From contig MHKS01000004.1 of assembly GCA_001818495.1 (NCBI GenBank), forward strand, positions 1,421-65,420: a stretch of DNA of 64,000 bases, given 5' to 3'. The translations under genes and the position numbers were made by a program. Below, in pieces: positions 35,055 to 43,855 of this stretch. The notes under the pieces were generated by a model. It was not told the origin of the DNA and did no database searches. It was given only the letters and a program-made list of their open reading frames with translations. Numbering within the stretch: position 1 is the first letter of the stretch; every line of letters begins with the position of its first letter. This stretch comes from Candidatus Komeilibacteria bacterium RIFOXYD1_FULL_37_29 (GTDB lineage Bacteria; Patescibacteriota; Patescibacteriia; UBA1558; GWA2-36-10).

Positions 35055-36785
35055 ATGTCATCTCATTTACCAATATCTCAAGAAGAACTAAAAAAGATTC
35101 TTTTTGATTCTAAAGCAATCAAAGAGAATGATTGGAATGAAGCTCAGGACAACGCTCACCGTCGTCGTCGGGGGATTGAGGAAGTTTTGATAGAGCGGGG
35201 CTTTTTAAATATTAATTATTTGTATGAATTGATCAGTGATTATTTACAGGTTCCTTTTATCAATTTACGTAAAAGAAAATTGGATCACGAAGTTCTCAAC
35301 ATAATTGATGAAAAAACCGCTAGAAAAGCCCGTGCCATTCCTTTTGCTTTAGAAAAAGGCAAACTTAAGGTAGCTTTTGTTGATCCTAGAAATAAAGAAA
35401 AATTGGAGATGGTGAAAAAAGTCAGCAAAAAGAAGGTAGATGTCTTTTTTACCAATTATAAAAATTTCCTTTTTGCCTCTCGTCTTTATCAAAAAAATAT
35501 CCAAGAGGAGCTTAATCAGATATTGGATAGCAAGGTATTAAAAGTAGATGGTAAGCCTACTGAGGTAGAAATACCGATTATTAAAATTATTGACACTATT
35601 TTAGAGTCAGCTCTTTTCGATCAGGCCTCAGATATACATATTGAGGCCTTGCCTGATGCAGTAGTAATTAGATTTAGAGTAGACGGTGATTTACACGATG
35701 TAGTAGAATTACCCTCATCAATTCATGATGCGGTGGTGGCCCGTATTAAGATTCTGTCTAATCTTAGGATTGATGAACATCGCGTTCCTCAAGACGGTCG
35801 TTTTTCTTTTAAAATAGAAGATGAAGAAGAATCAGTTAGAGTCTCAGTTTTACCGGCTTTTTATGGAGAAAAAATAGTTATGCGTCTGATGACCGATGAT
35901 GCTCAAAACCTTAGCTTGGAAGATTTGGGTTTTTTACAACACAACCAGGATATAATGATGCGCCAGATTAACAAGCCATTTGGTATGATCTTAGTGGTCG
36001 GTCCAACCGGCTCTGGTAAAACCACTACCCTATATTCTATTTTAAATATTTTAAATACTGAAGAGGTAAATATCTCCACCATTGAAGATCCTATTGAATA
36101 TGGCGTTCATCGGGTTAATCAAACGCAAATTAATCCCAAGGCCGGTTATGACTTTGCCAATGGACTGCGCGCTTTGCTTAGGCAGGATCCAGATATTATC
36201 ATGATTGGCGAAATTCGTGATAATGATACAGCTCAAGTAGCAGTCCGAGCTGGTTTGACTGGACATTTGGTATTGTCCACACTACATACCAATAATGCTA
36301 CCGGAGCTCCACCTAGACTATTGGATATGGGAGTAGAACCATTTTTGGTTGCTTCCACTCTCAATTTAGTAATTGCTCAAAGATTGGTTCGACGCATTTG
36401 TTTAAATTGTATTGAGAGTTTTAAATTAAATAAAGATCAGCTCAAGGCCTTAAGTAAAGAATTTGATCTAGAGGCCATGTTTCATCGTTTTAAGGGATTA
36501 AAAGTCATAGAAAGTAAAGTTGACTCTTTCGCTGATCTGACTTTTTACAAAGGCAAGGGTTGCTCTCGCTGTAATAGTTCTGGTTATAGCAAAAGAATAG
36601 CCGTTTTGGAATTATTGGAGAATACTAAAAAAATTCAGGACTGTGTTATTAAAAGTAGTAGTTCTTCAGAGTTAAAAACTATAGCTAAAGAGGATGGTAT
36701 GATTACTATTTTTGAGGATGGTATGCAAAAAGTTCTTTTAGGTATGACGACCATTGAAGAAGTATTACGTATAAAAAGAGAATAA
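35055..36785 (+). CDS. pilB: type IV pilus assembly ATPase PilB / GspE family
   Basis: GspII_E N-domain, Walker A GPTGSGKTTT, Asp/His boxes, tetracysteine CLNC...CSRC; ORF-track start 35028 is TTG, ATG 35055 preferred. Confidence 0.9.
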   Translation: MSSHLPISQEELKKILFDSKAIKENDWNEAQDNAHRRRRGIEEVLIERGFLNINYLYELISDYLQVPFINLRKRKLDHEVLNIIDEKTARKARAIPFALEKGKLKVAFVDPRNKEKLEMVKKVSKKKVDVFFTNYKNFLFASRLYQKNIQEELNQILDSKVLKVDGKPTEVEIPIIKIIDTILESALFDQASDIHIEALPDAVVIRFRVDGDLHDVVELPSSIHDAVVARIKILSNLRIDEHRVPQDGRFSFKIEDEEESVRVSVLPAFYGEKIVMRLMTDDAQNLSLEDLGFLQHNQDIMMRQINKPFGMILVVGPTGSGKTTTLYSILNILNTEEVNISTIEDPIEYGVHRVNQTQINPKAGYDFANGLRALLRQDPDIIMIGEIRDNDTAQVAVRAGLTGHLVLSTLHTNNATGAPPRLLDMGVEPFLVASTLNLVIAQRLVRRICLNCIESFKLNKDQLKALSKEFDLEAMFHRFKGLKVIESKVDSFADLTFYKGKGCSRCNSSGYSKRIAVLELLENTKKIQDCVIKSSSSSELKTIAKEDGMITIFEDGMQKVLLGMTTIEEVLRIKRE

Positions 36786-36791
36786 AATAAT

Positions 36792-38138
36792 ATGGAATAT
36801 ATCAAAGATCAAACTAAAAAAGATGATACTACTGGCACTTTGGATCTTAGTAAATTAAGTGGCGAGGGAGAATTGACCAAAGGAGCTTCTCAGATGTCTT
36901 CTTTTAAGTTTTATTTAACTAAGCCATCGGCTCAGTGGGTAAAAAAAGAAGTCGTTGATAAAAATAAAGACACTGAGGTTAATAAAGACACTGCGGTTAA
37001 AAAAGACACTGAGAATAAGAAAAAGGAACTACCCAAGAATGTTTCCAAGGAATTATTAAAAAAGCCGATTCATAAAAAAGCTATTTTTCTATTTAAACGG
37101 GTTTCTTTAACGGATAATATGCTTTTTATGGATAATATGTCTACTATGCTAAGAGCCGGTCTATCACTCACACCATCTTTAAAAACTATTAGAAATGAGA
37201 TAAGAAATAAATATTTTAAGGAGGTCTTAGAGTATTTATATAATCATATTGAAAATGGTCAAACTTTGTCTACTGGTATGAAACACTATCCCAAAGTTTT
37301 TCCTGATATGGTCATAGCGACAGTAGAAGTAGGAGAAAATACTGGCATGTTGTCTGATACTTTTGGTCATTTGGCTGATATTATGAAAAGACAAAAAGCT
37401 CTTCGTAGCAAAGTACTGGGAGCAATGATGTATCCGTCTATTGTTATATTAGCTTTGTTGGCAGTAAGTGTGTTTTTATCTATGGTTATATTTCCCCAGT
37501 TGATTGGATTATTTGAAGCTTCGGGAGTAAAATTACCTTTTATTTTAGTGGCTGTTAACGCCATAAATTTTACTATTAGTAACTACTGGCCATACGTATT
37601 AGGGGTTTTTGTGGTTATAATAATTTTGACTAAAGTAGTGTTTTCTAAACCAGGTCCCAAGTTATTATGGCACACAGCTTTATTAAGAGTGCCTTTTATT
37701 GGAAAATTAGTCAGAGAATTAGCCCTGACCCGTTTTGCTGGTAATCTGCAAGCTCTTTTGGCTGCTGGTTTGGCCATTGTTCAATCTATGGAGATAGTGG
37801 CTAAAACTTTAGGCAACATGAAATATAAAAAAGAAATTTTAATAATGGCCAAAGAACTGGAAAAAGGAAAAACTTTGCAAAGTGCCATGGCCAAAAGACC
37901 AAAGTTATTTCCATCTTTGACTATACAATTAACGCAAGTGGGTGAAACAACTGGCCAGCTAGAAGAAATATTATCAAAAATTGCAAGATTTTATGAGGAT
38001 AGAGTTAATGGTGTTTTGAATAATTTATCTACAATTTTAGAACCAGTTTTATTGGTAATTGTGGGCATAGCAGTGGGCTTTATCGCAGTTTCTGTTATTG
38101 GGCCAATGTATGAATTAACTAATTCTTTCGCTGATTAA
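36792..38138 (+). CDS. pilC: type IV pilus inner-membrane platform protein PilC / GspF family with N-terminal extension
   Basis: Two T2SS-F repeats (…GLSLTPSLKTI… and …GKTLQSAMAK…), 3 TM segments. Confidence 0.8.
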   Translation: MEYIKDQTKKDDTTGTLDLSKLSGEGELTKGASQMSSFKFYLTKPSAQWVKKEVVDKNKDTEVNKDTAVKKDTENKKKELPKNVSKELLKKPIHKKAIFLFKRVSLTDNMLFMDNMSTMLRAGLSLTPSLKTIRNEIRNKYFKEVLEYLYNHIENGQTLSTGMKHYPKVFPDMVIATVEVGENTGMLSDTFGHLADIMKRQKALRSKVLGAMMYPSIVILALLAVSVFLSMVIFPQLIGLFEASGVKLPFILVAVNAINFTISNYWPYVLGVFVVIIILTKVVFSKPGPKLLWHTALLRVPFIGKLVRELALTRFAGNLQALLAAGLAIVQSMEIVAKTLGNMKYKKEILIMAKELEKGKTLQSAMAKRPKLFPSLTIQLTQVGETTGQLEEILSKIARFYEDRVNGVLNNLSTILEPVLLVIVGIAVGFIAVSVIGPMYELTNSFAD

Positions 38139-38143
38139 TTTTT

Positions 38144-38620
38144 ATGCTTATAAAAAACAGAGATGGCGTCACGATGTTGGAATTGTTAATAGTGATTATG
38201 TTGGTATCTTTGATTGCTAGCATGGGGTTTGGTGCTTATAAAATTTGGCAGAGAAAAATATTACTTATAAATACTCATGATGAAATAAAAAGTGCATTAA
38301 TCAGAGCTCAACAATTAGCTACAGCTGCTTCTGGTAGTAGTGATTGGGGGCTGCATTTAGCTACTTCATCTTATACTATTTTTCCTGGTAGTGTTTATAA
38401 TCCTCTTAATGCCAATAACAAAATTTGGAATTTGGAAAATGTAGAAATTCAAAATCCAGAAAACACATTTTCTAATGCTTGGGGAGTTTATGGCCCAGAT
38501 GTAATTTTTTCCAAATTTGATGGAGAGGCTAATAATACCGGCACAGTGTCAATCATTTTGGGCACGGATTCTAGTTATAATAAAAGTATAGAGGTTAGAG
38601 CACCTGGTCAGATTGATTAA
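38144..38620 (+). CDS. prepilin-type (type IV pilin/pseudopilin) protein
   Basis: N-terminal RDGVTMLELLIVIMLVSLIA: G/TMLE cleavage-methylation motif + hydrophobic helix. Confidence 0.65.
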   Translation: MLIKNRDGVTMLELLIVIMLVSLIASMGFGAYKIWQRKILLINTHDEIKSALIRAQQLATAASGSSDWGLHLATSSYTIFPGSVYNPLNANNKIWNLENVEIQNPENTFSNAWGVYGPDVIFSKFDGEANNTGTVSIILGTDSSYNKSIEVRAPGQID

Positions 38621-38623
38621 ATT

Positions 38624-40534
38624 ATGACAAAAATAAAAATAAAAAATCTTCAGGGGTTTTCTATGATGGAGTTATTGGTGAGTATATCTTTTATAGCTTC
38701 CATGATCGTTTTGGTATTATCCGTTAATGTTTCCAACAATAAATTGAGATATATTAACGAAGAAAAAACCAAAGCCCTTTTCTATACCATAGAATCAATG
38801 GAGGCCATCAGACTGGTGGATTGGGTTAATCTATTACCGGGGGATTACGCTATTAATTTAGTGGGCAATAATTGGGTAGTGAGTGAGGGTAGTCAAGTTT
38901 TAGATGGTGTCTATACTAGAACTATTACAGTTTCTGATGTTTATAGAGAAAGTTATGGTAACGGCCAAGTTTATGGTGATATTGTGGAGGCGGGGGGTTA
39001 TTTAGATACAGATACTAAAAAAATTACTATTAATATCAGTTGGAATAGTAAGGCTGGTATAACCGAGCAAGAGGAAATGGAAACCTATTTACATCGCTGG
39101 GCAGCTAATCGTTGGGTCCAAACCGATTGGGTTGGCGGAGCAGGACAAATAGATTGGTTGGATGAAACTAGGTTTTTTTCTAAAGAGCAAGGCGTAGATG
39201 TTTCTGTAGCTGGCATTACTACTTTACAGCTTGGTTATATTGATTGGAGCAATACCACCACCACGGATAATTTTGATACGCCTAGTAATTTTGATGACAA
39301 TGATGTAACTGAGAAAGATGGGATTGCTTACCTAATCACAGAAAATAATCCTTCTGGAGCTGAGCTATTTATATTAGATGTCAGTGATCCTTATAATGTT
39401 TTTGAAATATCATCTATAGATGTTGGCGCCTCTATTAATGGTATTAAAGTAGATGACCATTATGCATATTTGGCGACCTCTGATAATGTGGCTGAATTTA
39501 AAATTATAGATATTAATAATTTGGCCAATCCTTATATATATAACAGTTATAATTTGCCGAGCAATGATGACGCTATTGATTTAGCTCTGACAGGAACAGA
39601 GATATACATAGTCCAGGGTGATGATTTATATTCTTTAAGTATTTTAAATCCGGCAAATATTCAGCTATTAGATTCATTGGATTTAGATGAAGGCCTGGAT
39701 AAATTATTTTTTTCAGACACCTATGTTTATCTGGCCACCTTAGATAGTGAAGCGGAATTTCAAATAATTAATGTAGTCAATCCGGCGGATTTAAATTTAG
39801 TGGGCATCTATAATTTACCTGGTGCACTCAAAGGAACAGACGTAGTGGTCAGAGGAGATAAGGCTTATATATCAACACAAAATAATGGTAGCGGATCTGA
39901 ATTTTTTGTCCTAGATGTTAATAATCCGGCCACGCCTATTTTTTTGGGTGAATACGAAGTTAATGAAACAGTGCACTCTTTTGCTTTAGTAGGCCCTTAT
40001 GCTCTTTTGGGGACCAATTTTTTAGAGGAAGAATTAAATGTTTTAAATGTTACTAACCCAGGTAGTATTTTAAAAGAATTTGGTTTTAATTTAGAGGGTT
40101 ATGTATTAGGCATGTCAGCTAATTGCTCTATGATTTATGCCGCTACATCCAGTAACATCGGGGAGTTCTTTATTATTTCCACAGAAATAACAGATTGTGA
40201 TTATTCTACTAGTGGTATTTTAGAATCTTCTACCTTTGATGCTGGTAATGCCACTAGTTCTTATAATTGGATTTCATGGTCTGGTCAGGAGCCACTAAAC
40301 ACCGATATCCGTTTTCAAGTGGCTACTAGCGATAACGCTGGTGGACCTTGGGTGTTCACAGGGCCAGATGGCACTAGTGCTACTTATTATACAGATAGTA
40401 ATGGTGAATATATAGATTATGCCAGCCATGCTTCCAATCGATATATTAGGTATAAACTTTTTTTAGATAGCCAAGCGGATTTACAAACGCCCATTTTAGA
40501 TGAGGTAGCCATTAGTTATTCAGAAAATCAATAG
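38624..40534 (+). CDS. large prepilin-type protein (minor pilin/tip adhesin candidate) with repetitive beta-rich domain
   Basis: N-terminus QGFSMMELLVSISFIA prepilin motif; ~600 aa extracellular region with recurring YxAT../FxILDV.NP motifs. Confidence 0.55.
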   Translation: MTKIKIKNLQGFSMMELLVSISFIASMIVLVLSVNVSNNKLRYINEEKTKALFYTIESMEAIRLVDWVNLLPGDYAINLVGNNWVVSEGSQVLDGVYTRTITVSDVYRESYGNGQVYGDIVEAGGYLDTDTKKITINISWNSKAGITEQEEMETYLHRWAANRWVQTDWVGGAGQIDWLDETRFFSKEQGVDVSVAGITTLQLGYIDWSNTTTTDNFDTPSNFDDNDVTEKDGIAYLITENNPSGAELFILDVSDPYNVFEISSIDVGASINGIKVDDHYAYLATSDNVAEFKIIDINNLANPYIYNSYNLPSNDDAIDLALTGTEIYIVQGDDLYSLSILNPANIQLLDSLDLDEGLDKLFFSDTYVYLATLDSEAEFQIINVVNPADLNLVGIYNLPGALKGTDVVVRGDKAYISTQNNGSGSEFFVLDVNNPATPIFLGEYEVNETVHSFALVGPYALLGTNFLEEELNVLNVTNPGSILKEFGFNLEGYVLGMSANCSMIYAATSSNIGEFFIISTEITDCDYSTSGILESSTFDAGNATSSYNWISWSGQEPLNTDIRFQVATSDNAGGPWVFTGPDGTSATYYTDSNGEYIDYASHASNRYIRYKLFLDSQADLQTPILDEVAISYSENQ

Positions 40535-40535
40535 T

Positions 40536-41072
40536 ATGAAAATTTTTGTAAAAAATAAACGCGGATTCACTTTATTAGAAACTATAATGTATTTATTTAT
40601 AGCCACTATTTTGATGATAACGATTTCTGGTTTGGTTTTATCTATTTTTAATGCTCGTCGATATTTTATATCAATAAACGATGTTAATCATAATGCTAGA
40701 TTTATTATTCATTATTTAACTAATCGGATGCATAATGTGGATAATATTGTAGATGTTAGCCCAGCAGTTGAAAAATTTCATTTTTATCAGATACCTAGTA
40801 CTCGTTTTAGTATGGAAATTTCCGGAGAGGATTTTGTATATCGCGAAGGGCAAGACACTGGAGCTGGTTTCCCAGAGCAGCCAAGTTTAGCACCAGTTGT
40901 ATTGAATAATTCCAATATTATAGTTTCCAATTTGTCGTTATTAGCAGTCAATGATTATCAAGGCGCCACTAATCAAGGAGTGCAGATAAATTTTACTCTA
41001 AGCACTGGATCGGCCAATGATCAATTTGGGTATTATCAAAAAAATTTCTCAACTTTTATTAGTATTAGATGA
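40536..41072 (+). CDS. prepilin-type protein
   Basis: N-terminus KRGFTLLETIMYLFIATIL cleavage/methylation motif. Confidence 0.65.
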   Translation: MKIFVKNKRGFTLLETIMYLFIATILMITISGLVLSIFNARRYFISINDVNHNARFIIHYLTNRMHNVDNIVDVSPAVEKFHFYQIPSTRFSMEISGEDFVYREGQDTGAGFPEQPSLAPVVLNNSNIIVSNLSLLAVNDYQGATNQGVQINFTLSTGSANDQFGYYQKNFSTFISIR

Positions 41073-41479
41073 TGTATATTTATTTTTTAAAAAATAAAAA
41101 AGGTGCCGCTACTCTCATATCAGCTATTTTTGTAGCTTCGGCTATGCTGTCTATATCTTTGTCTTTATCTTTGATTTCTATTAATATGAGAAGCAGTCTT
41201 AATTCATTTGTAGATGCCACACATACTTTTTACGCGGCTGAATCTGGAGTAGAAGAATCTTTAATCCAGTTGAGGAAAGAGCCAAATAATTATATTTTTG
41301 AAGACCTTTTGATTAATGGTATATCAATTCAACGTAATTTCATTGAAAATTATTGTGAAGGTGAGTCTTGTCGCTCTTTGATAGAAGCAACAGCTTCCAC
41401 TACCCAAGCGACTAGAAAAGTAAGGTATTCTTGTGCCAAGGATATATCCAATTGTACTTGGAGTGAACTTATTCCCTAA
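41069..41479 (+). CDS. pilin-like membrane-anchored protein (degenerate prepilin N-terminus)
   Basis: KKGAATLISAIFVASAML hydrophobic N-terminus, overlaps upstream pilin gene by 4 nt. Confidence 0.35.
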   Translation: MMYIYFLKNKKGAATLISAIFVASAMLSISLSLSLISINMRSSLNSFVDATHTFYAAESGVEESLIQLRKEPNNYIFEDLLINGISIQRNFIENYCEGESCRSLIEATASTTQATRKVRYSCAKDISNCTWSELIP

Positions 41480-41577
41480 CTATTTTTTGGGTGTTTATAA
41501 ATTATTGACAATCTTTTGTAAAAAGCTAATAATGAAAATGGCTAAGGGTAAAAACCCTTATTTTAATCAATAAAAGT

Positions 41578-42306
41578 ATGTTTAATAGAAGAAATAAGCT
41601 AGTTTTTGGTAGCGTGGTGATATTATTAACTTTGTTTTTAGTTGGCTGTCAAAGAAACAAGGCTCAAGATTTAAATTTAGATAGTAATGATCAAGCTTCA
41701 ACAACTGACGAGTCTCAGAGCGAAGATCAAAAATTAATCGGCGGTGATCAGGATGCCCACGGTTGTCTGATAGCAGCTGGTTATTCTTGGTGTCAGTCCA
41801 AAAATAAATGTTTGCGAACTTGGGAAGAAACTTGTCCGATTGAGCAAACAGAGGCCAGAGAGTCAATTATTTTTGAAGATTTAGAATGGAAAAAGTATAG
41901 TAATGATTTTTTTGCTTATAGCGTTGACTATCCAACTATTGTCAATATCATGGGTAATAACTTGGATGAGCATGTAGAATTTAATGGCCAGTTAGTAGAT
42001 AATGAATGGTGGCCTCAAATTTCTATTTCTCATTATAATAATGATTTTTATCGTCCCAGTACCGGGGCTGATGTTAGTCAGTGGGTCAAACCATTTCCTG
42101 GTTATGGGCAAGGAGAAAAGATTAGTATTGCCGGGCTAGATACTGTCCATTATGTCCAAGAAAAGACTAGCACAGCTTGGGCAACTGATTATTTTTATTT
42201 TATCAAAGATGGTCAGCTTTATAACATCACCATTATCCATACCAATGATCAAGAGAATTGGCAGATTTACAAAAAGATTTTAAATAGCTTTTCCTTTGAA
42301 GATTAA
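41578..42306 (+). CDS. lipoprotein, hypothetical
   Basis: Signal peptide + lipobox LVGCQ. Confidence 0.45.
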   Translation: MFNRRNKLVFGSVVILLTLFLVGCQRNKAQDLNLDSNDQASTTDESQSEDQKLIGGDQDAHGCLIAAGYSWCQSKNKCLRTWEETCPIEQTEARESIIFEDLEWKKYSNDFFAYSVDYPTIVNIMGNNLDEHVEFNGQLVDNEWWPQISISHYNNDFYRPSTGADVSQWVKPFPGYGQGEKISIAGLDTVHYVQEKTSTAWATDYFYFIKDGQLYNITIIHTNDQENWQIYKKILNSFSFED

Positions 42307-42329
42307 AAATATTTTAAATAGTTTTAAAT

Positions 42330-42359
42330 AAATCTCCTTTTAGGGAGATTTATTTTTTT
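42330..42359. terminator. bidirectional terminator AAATCTCC-tttta-GGGAGATTT + T7
   Basis: Perfect hairpin between convergent genes. Confidence 0.65.
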
Positions 42360-42360
42360 G

Positions 42361-43137
42361 TTAAATTTTTTTCAGATAATTTTTGGCTCCGGCTCTGGTT
42401 TGAAAATGGAGAGCGGCTTTTATATGTTCGCTTTGCGCGCCAGTAGATTTTAATTGATAGGCCAGAGTATTTCTCAGTATTTGCGGGTTGATATTAACTG
42501 CTGGTTTGATATTTTTGGAGTATTGAGAAATTATTCTCTCTACTGAGCGGACGCTTAAGGATTTATTTTTTGATTTATTTGATCTATCGAAATTTATGAA
42601 TAGATAATCAATATCATCATGACGACTATCTAAGTATTTTTTAAGATGCATCCAAACGTGGGGGCTGAGATAGATAGAATTATTTTTTGATAAAAATAAT
42701 TCTTGGCGGATGTCATCTACTTGTTGTTTTTTTACTTCGATTAAGCGCCCGACTTTTAAACCGGAGTGATAGAGTAATTCCAATAAAGCTTTGTCGCGTA
42801 AAGCTAGGTGACTATTTTTTTTGAGGGGGTTTTCTAAAAATTGGTTCAATATTTCATTATCCAATATTTTTAACTCCAGATTATGGTCAGATAAAAGGTC
42901 AAATTGGAATTGTTGATGTATAAAGTGTAGATAATTATTAATAATTTTTAAACGTAGATTTATAGTATTAATTTTTTGATATTTTTTTAGTAAATATTTA
43001 AAATAATTTTTTAGTTCACTGGCCGTCGCTTTTTTATTATTTAGCCAATGCAAAAACTGTCGGACATGCCAAAGGTAATTTTTGATGGTGGAATTTTTGA
43101 GATTTTTTGATTTTAAATATTTTTTATAATTATCCAT
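42361..43137 (-). CDS. tyrosine site-specific recombinase (XerC/XerD / phage-integrase family)
   Basis: RDKALLELLYHSGLKVGRLIEVK (box I Arg), HVWMH, LRNTLAYQL (HxxR), C-terminal Tyr region; N-terminal SAM-like core-binding domain. Confidence 0.7.
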   Translation of the reverse strand: MDNYKKYLKSKNLKNSTIKNYLWHVRQFLHWLNNKKATASELKNYFKYLLKKYQKINTINLRLKIINNYLHFIHQQFQFDLLSDHNLELKILDNEILNQFLENPLKKNSHLALRDKALLELLYHSGLKVGRLIEVKKQQVDDIRQELFLSKNNSIYLSPHVWMHLKKYLDSRHDDIDYLFINFDRSNKSKNKSLSVRSVERIISQYSKNIKPAVNINPQILRNTLAYQLKSTGAQSEHIKAALHFQTRAGAKNYLKKI

Positions 43138-43336
43138 AAGTTTATTTTAACATAAAACGACACAAAAGTAATTATATAGTCTTGGCTTCCAAACCTTGAC
43201 TTTTAAAGATAAAAATGTTAACATAAGTCCGTATTTCGGCTGATAGCTGAGTATATAATTAATTTCCCAGTACTGGGCTTAGCCTGACCAAGTCTAATTG
43301 AGACCAAGCTCGGATTCGGGAGTAGAAAGGATAAAT

Positions 43337-43693
43337 ATGTTAGACAAAAAGAAAAAACAGCGGATTATTGAAAAATTTAAGATTCATAAGAGCGATACCG
43401 GTTCAGCTGAGGTGCAAATTGCCATTTTGACCGAAGAGATCAAAGAGCTGACTAAGCATCTTAGAGAACACAAAAAGGATTTTTCTTCTAGACGCGGGCT
43501 ATTAGCCAAAGTATCTCTTCGTCACAAACTGTTGCGTTATTTGGAGAGAGAAGATGAAAAGAGATTTACCAAACTGGTTAAAGTATTAAAGCTTAAGATC
43601 AGCAAGAAAGAAAGATTTGATATAGAAGAAACTATAGAATTAGCAGCTGAAGAAGTGGATGGAGAAGAGGAACAAGAAGAAATCAAAGAATAA
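43337..43693 (+). CDS. rpsO: 30S ribosomal protein S15 with acidic C-terminal extension
   Basis: DTGSAEVQIAILTEEI...HKKDFSSRRGLLAKVSLRHKLLRYL matches S15; SD GAAAGGA; ORF-track start 43298 extends upstream. Confidence 0.85.
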   Translation: MLDKKKKQRIIEKFKIHKSDTGSAEVQIAILTEEIKELTKHLREHKKDFSSRRGLLAKVSLRHKLLRYLEREDEKRFTKLVKVLKLKISKKERFDIEETIELAAEEVDGEEEQEEIKE

Positions 43694-43697
43694 ATTT

Positions 43698-43746
43698 AAA
43701 ACCCCGGACCATTTTGCCTCAAGGAGGCTGTGTTACGGGGTTTTAA
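43698..43746 (+). terminator. stem-loop/terminator between rpsO and pnp (AAAACCCCG...CGGGGTTTT)
   Basis: 9-bp arms with 29-nt loop followed by T-run; classic position of rpsO terminator / pnp leader processing hairpin. Confidence 0.55.
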
Positions 43747-43855
43747 TAAAATAATTAACAGTCGAGAGTTGGTAGGTAAGTATTAGATTGTCAGTGGTCT
43801 AATAATCTAATATTTGCCATATCAGCTCGACGACCATTTTGAAAGGAGCTCAAAT

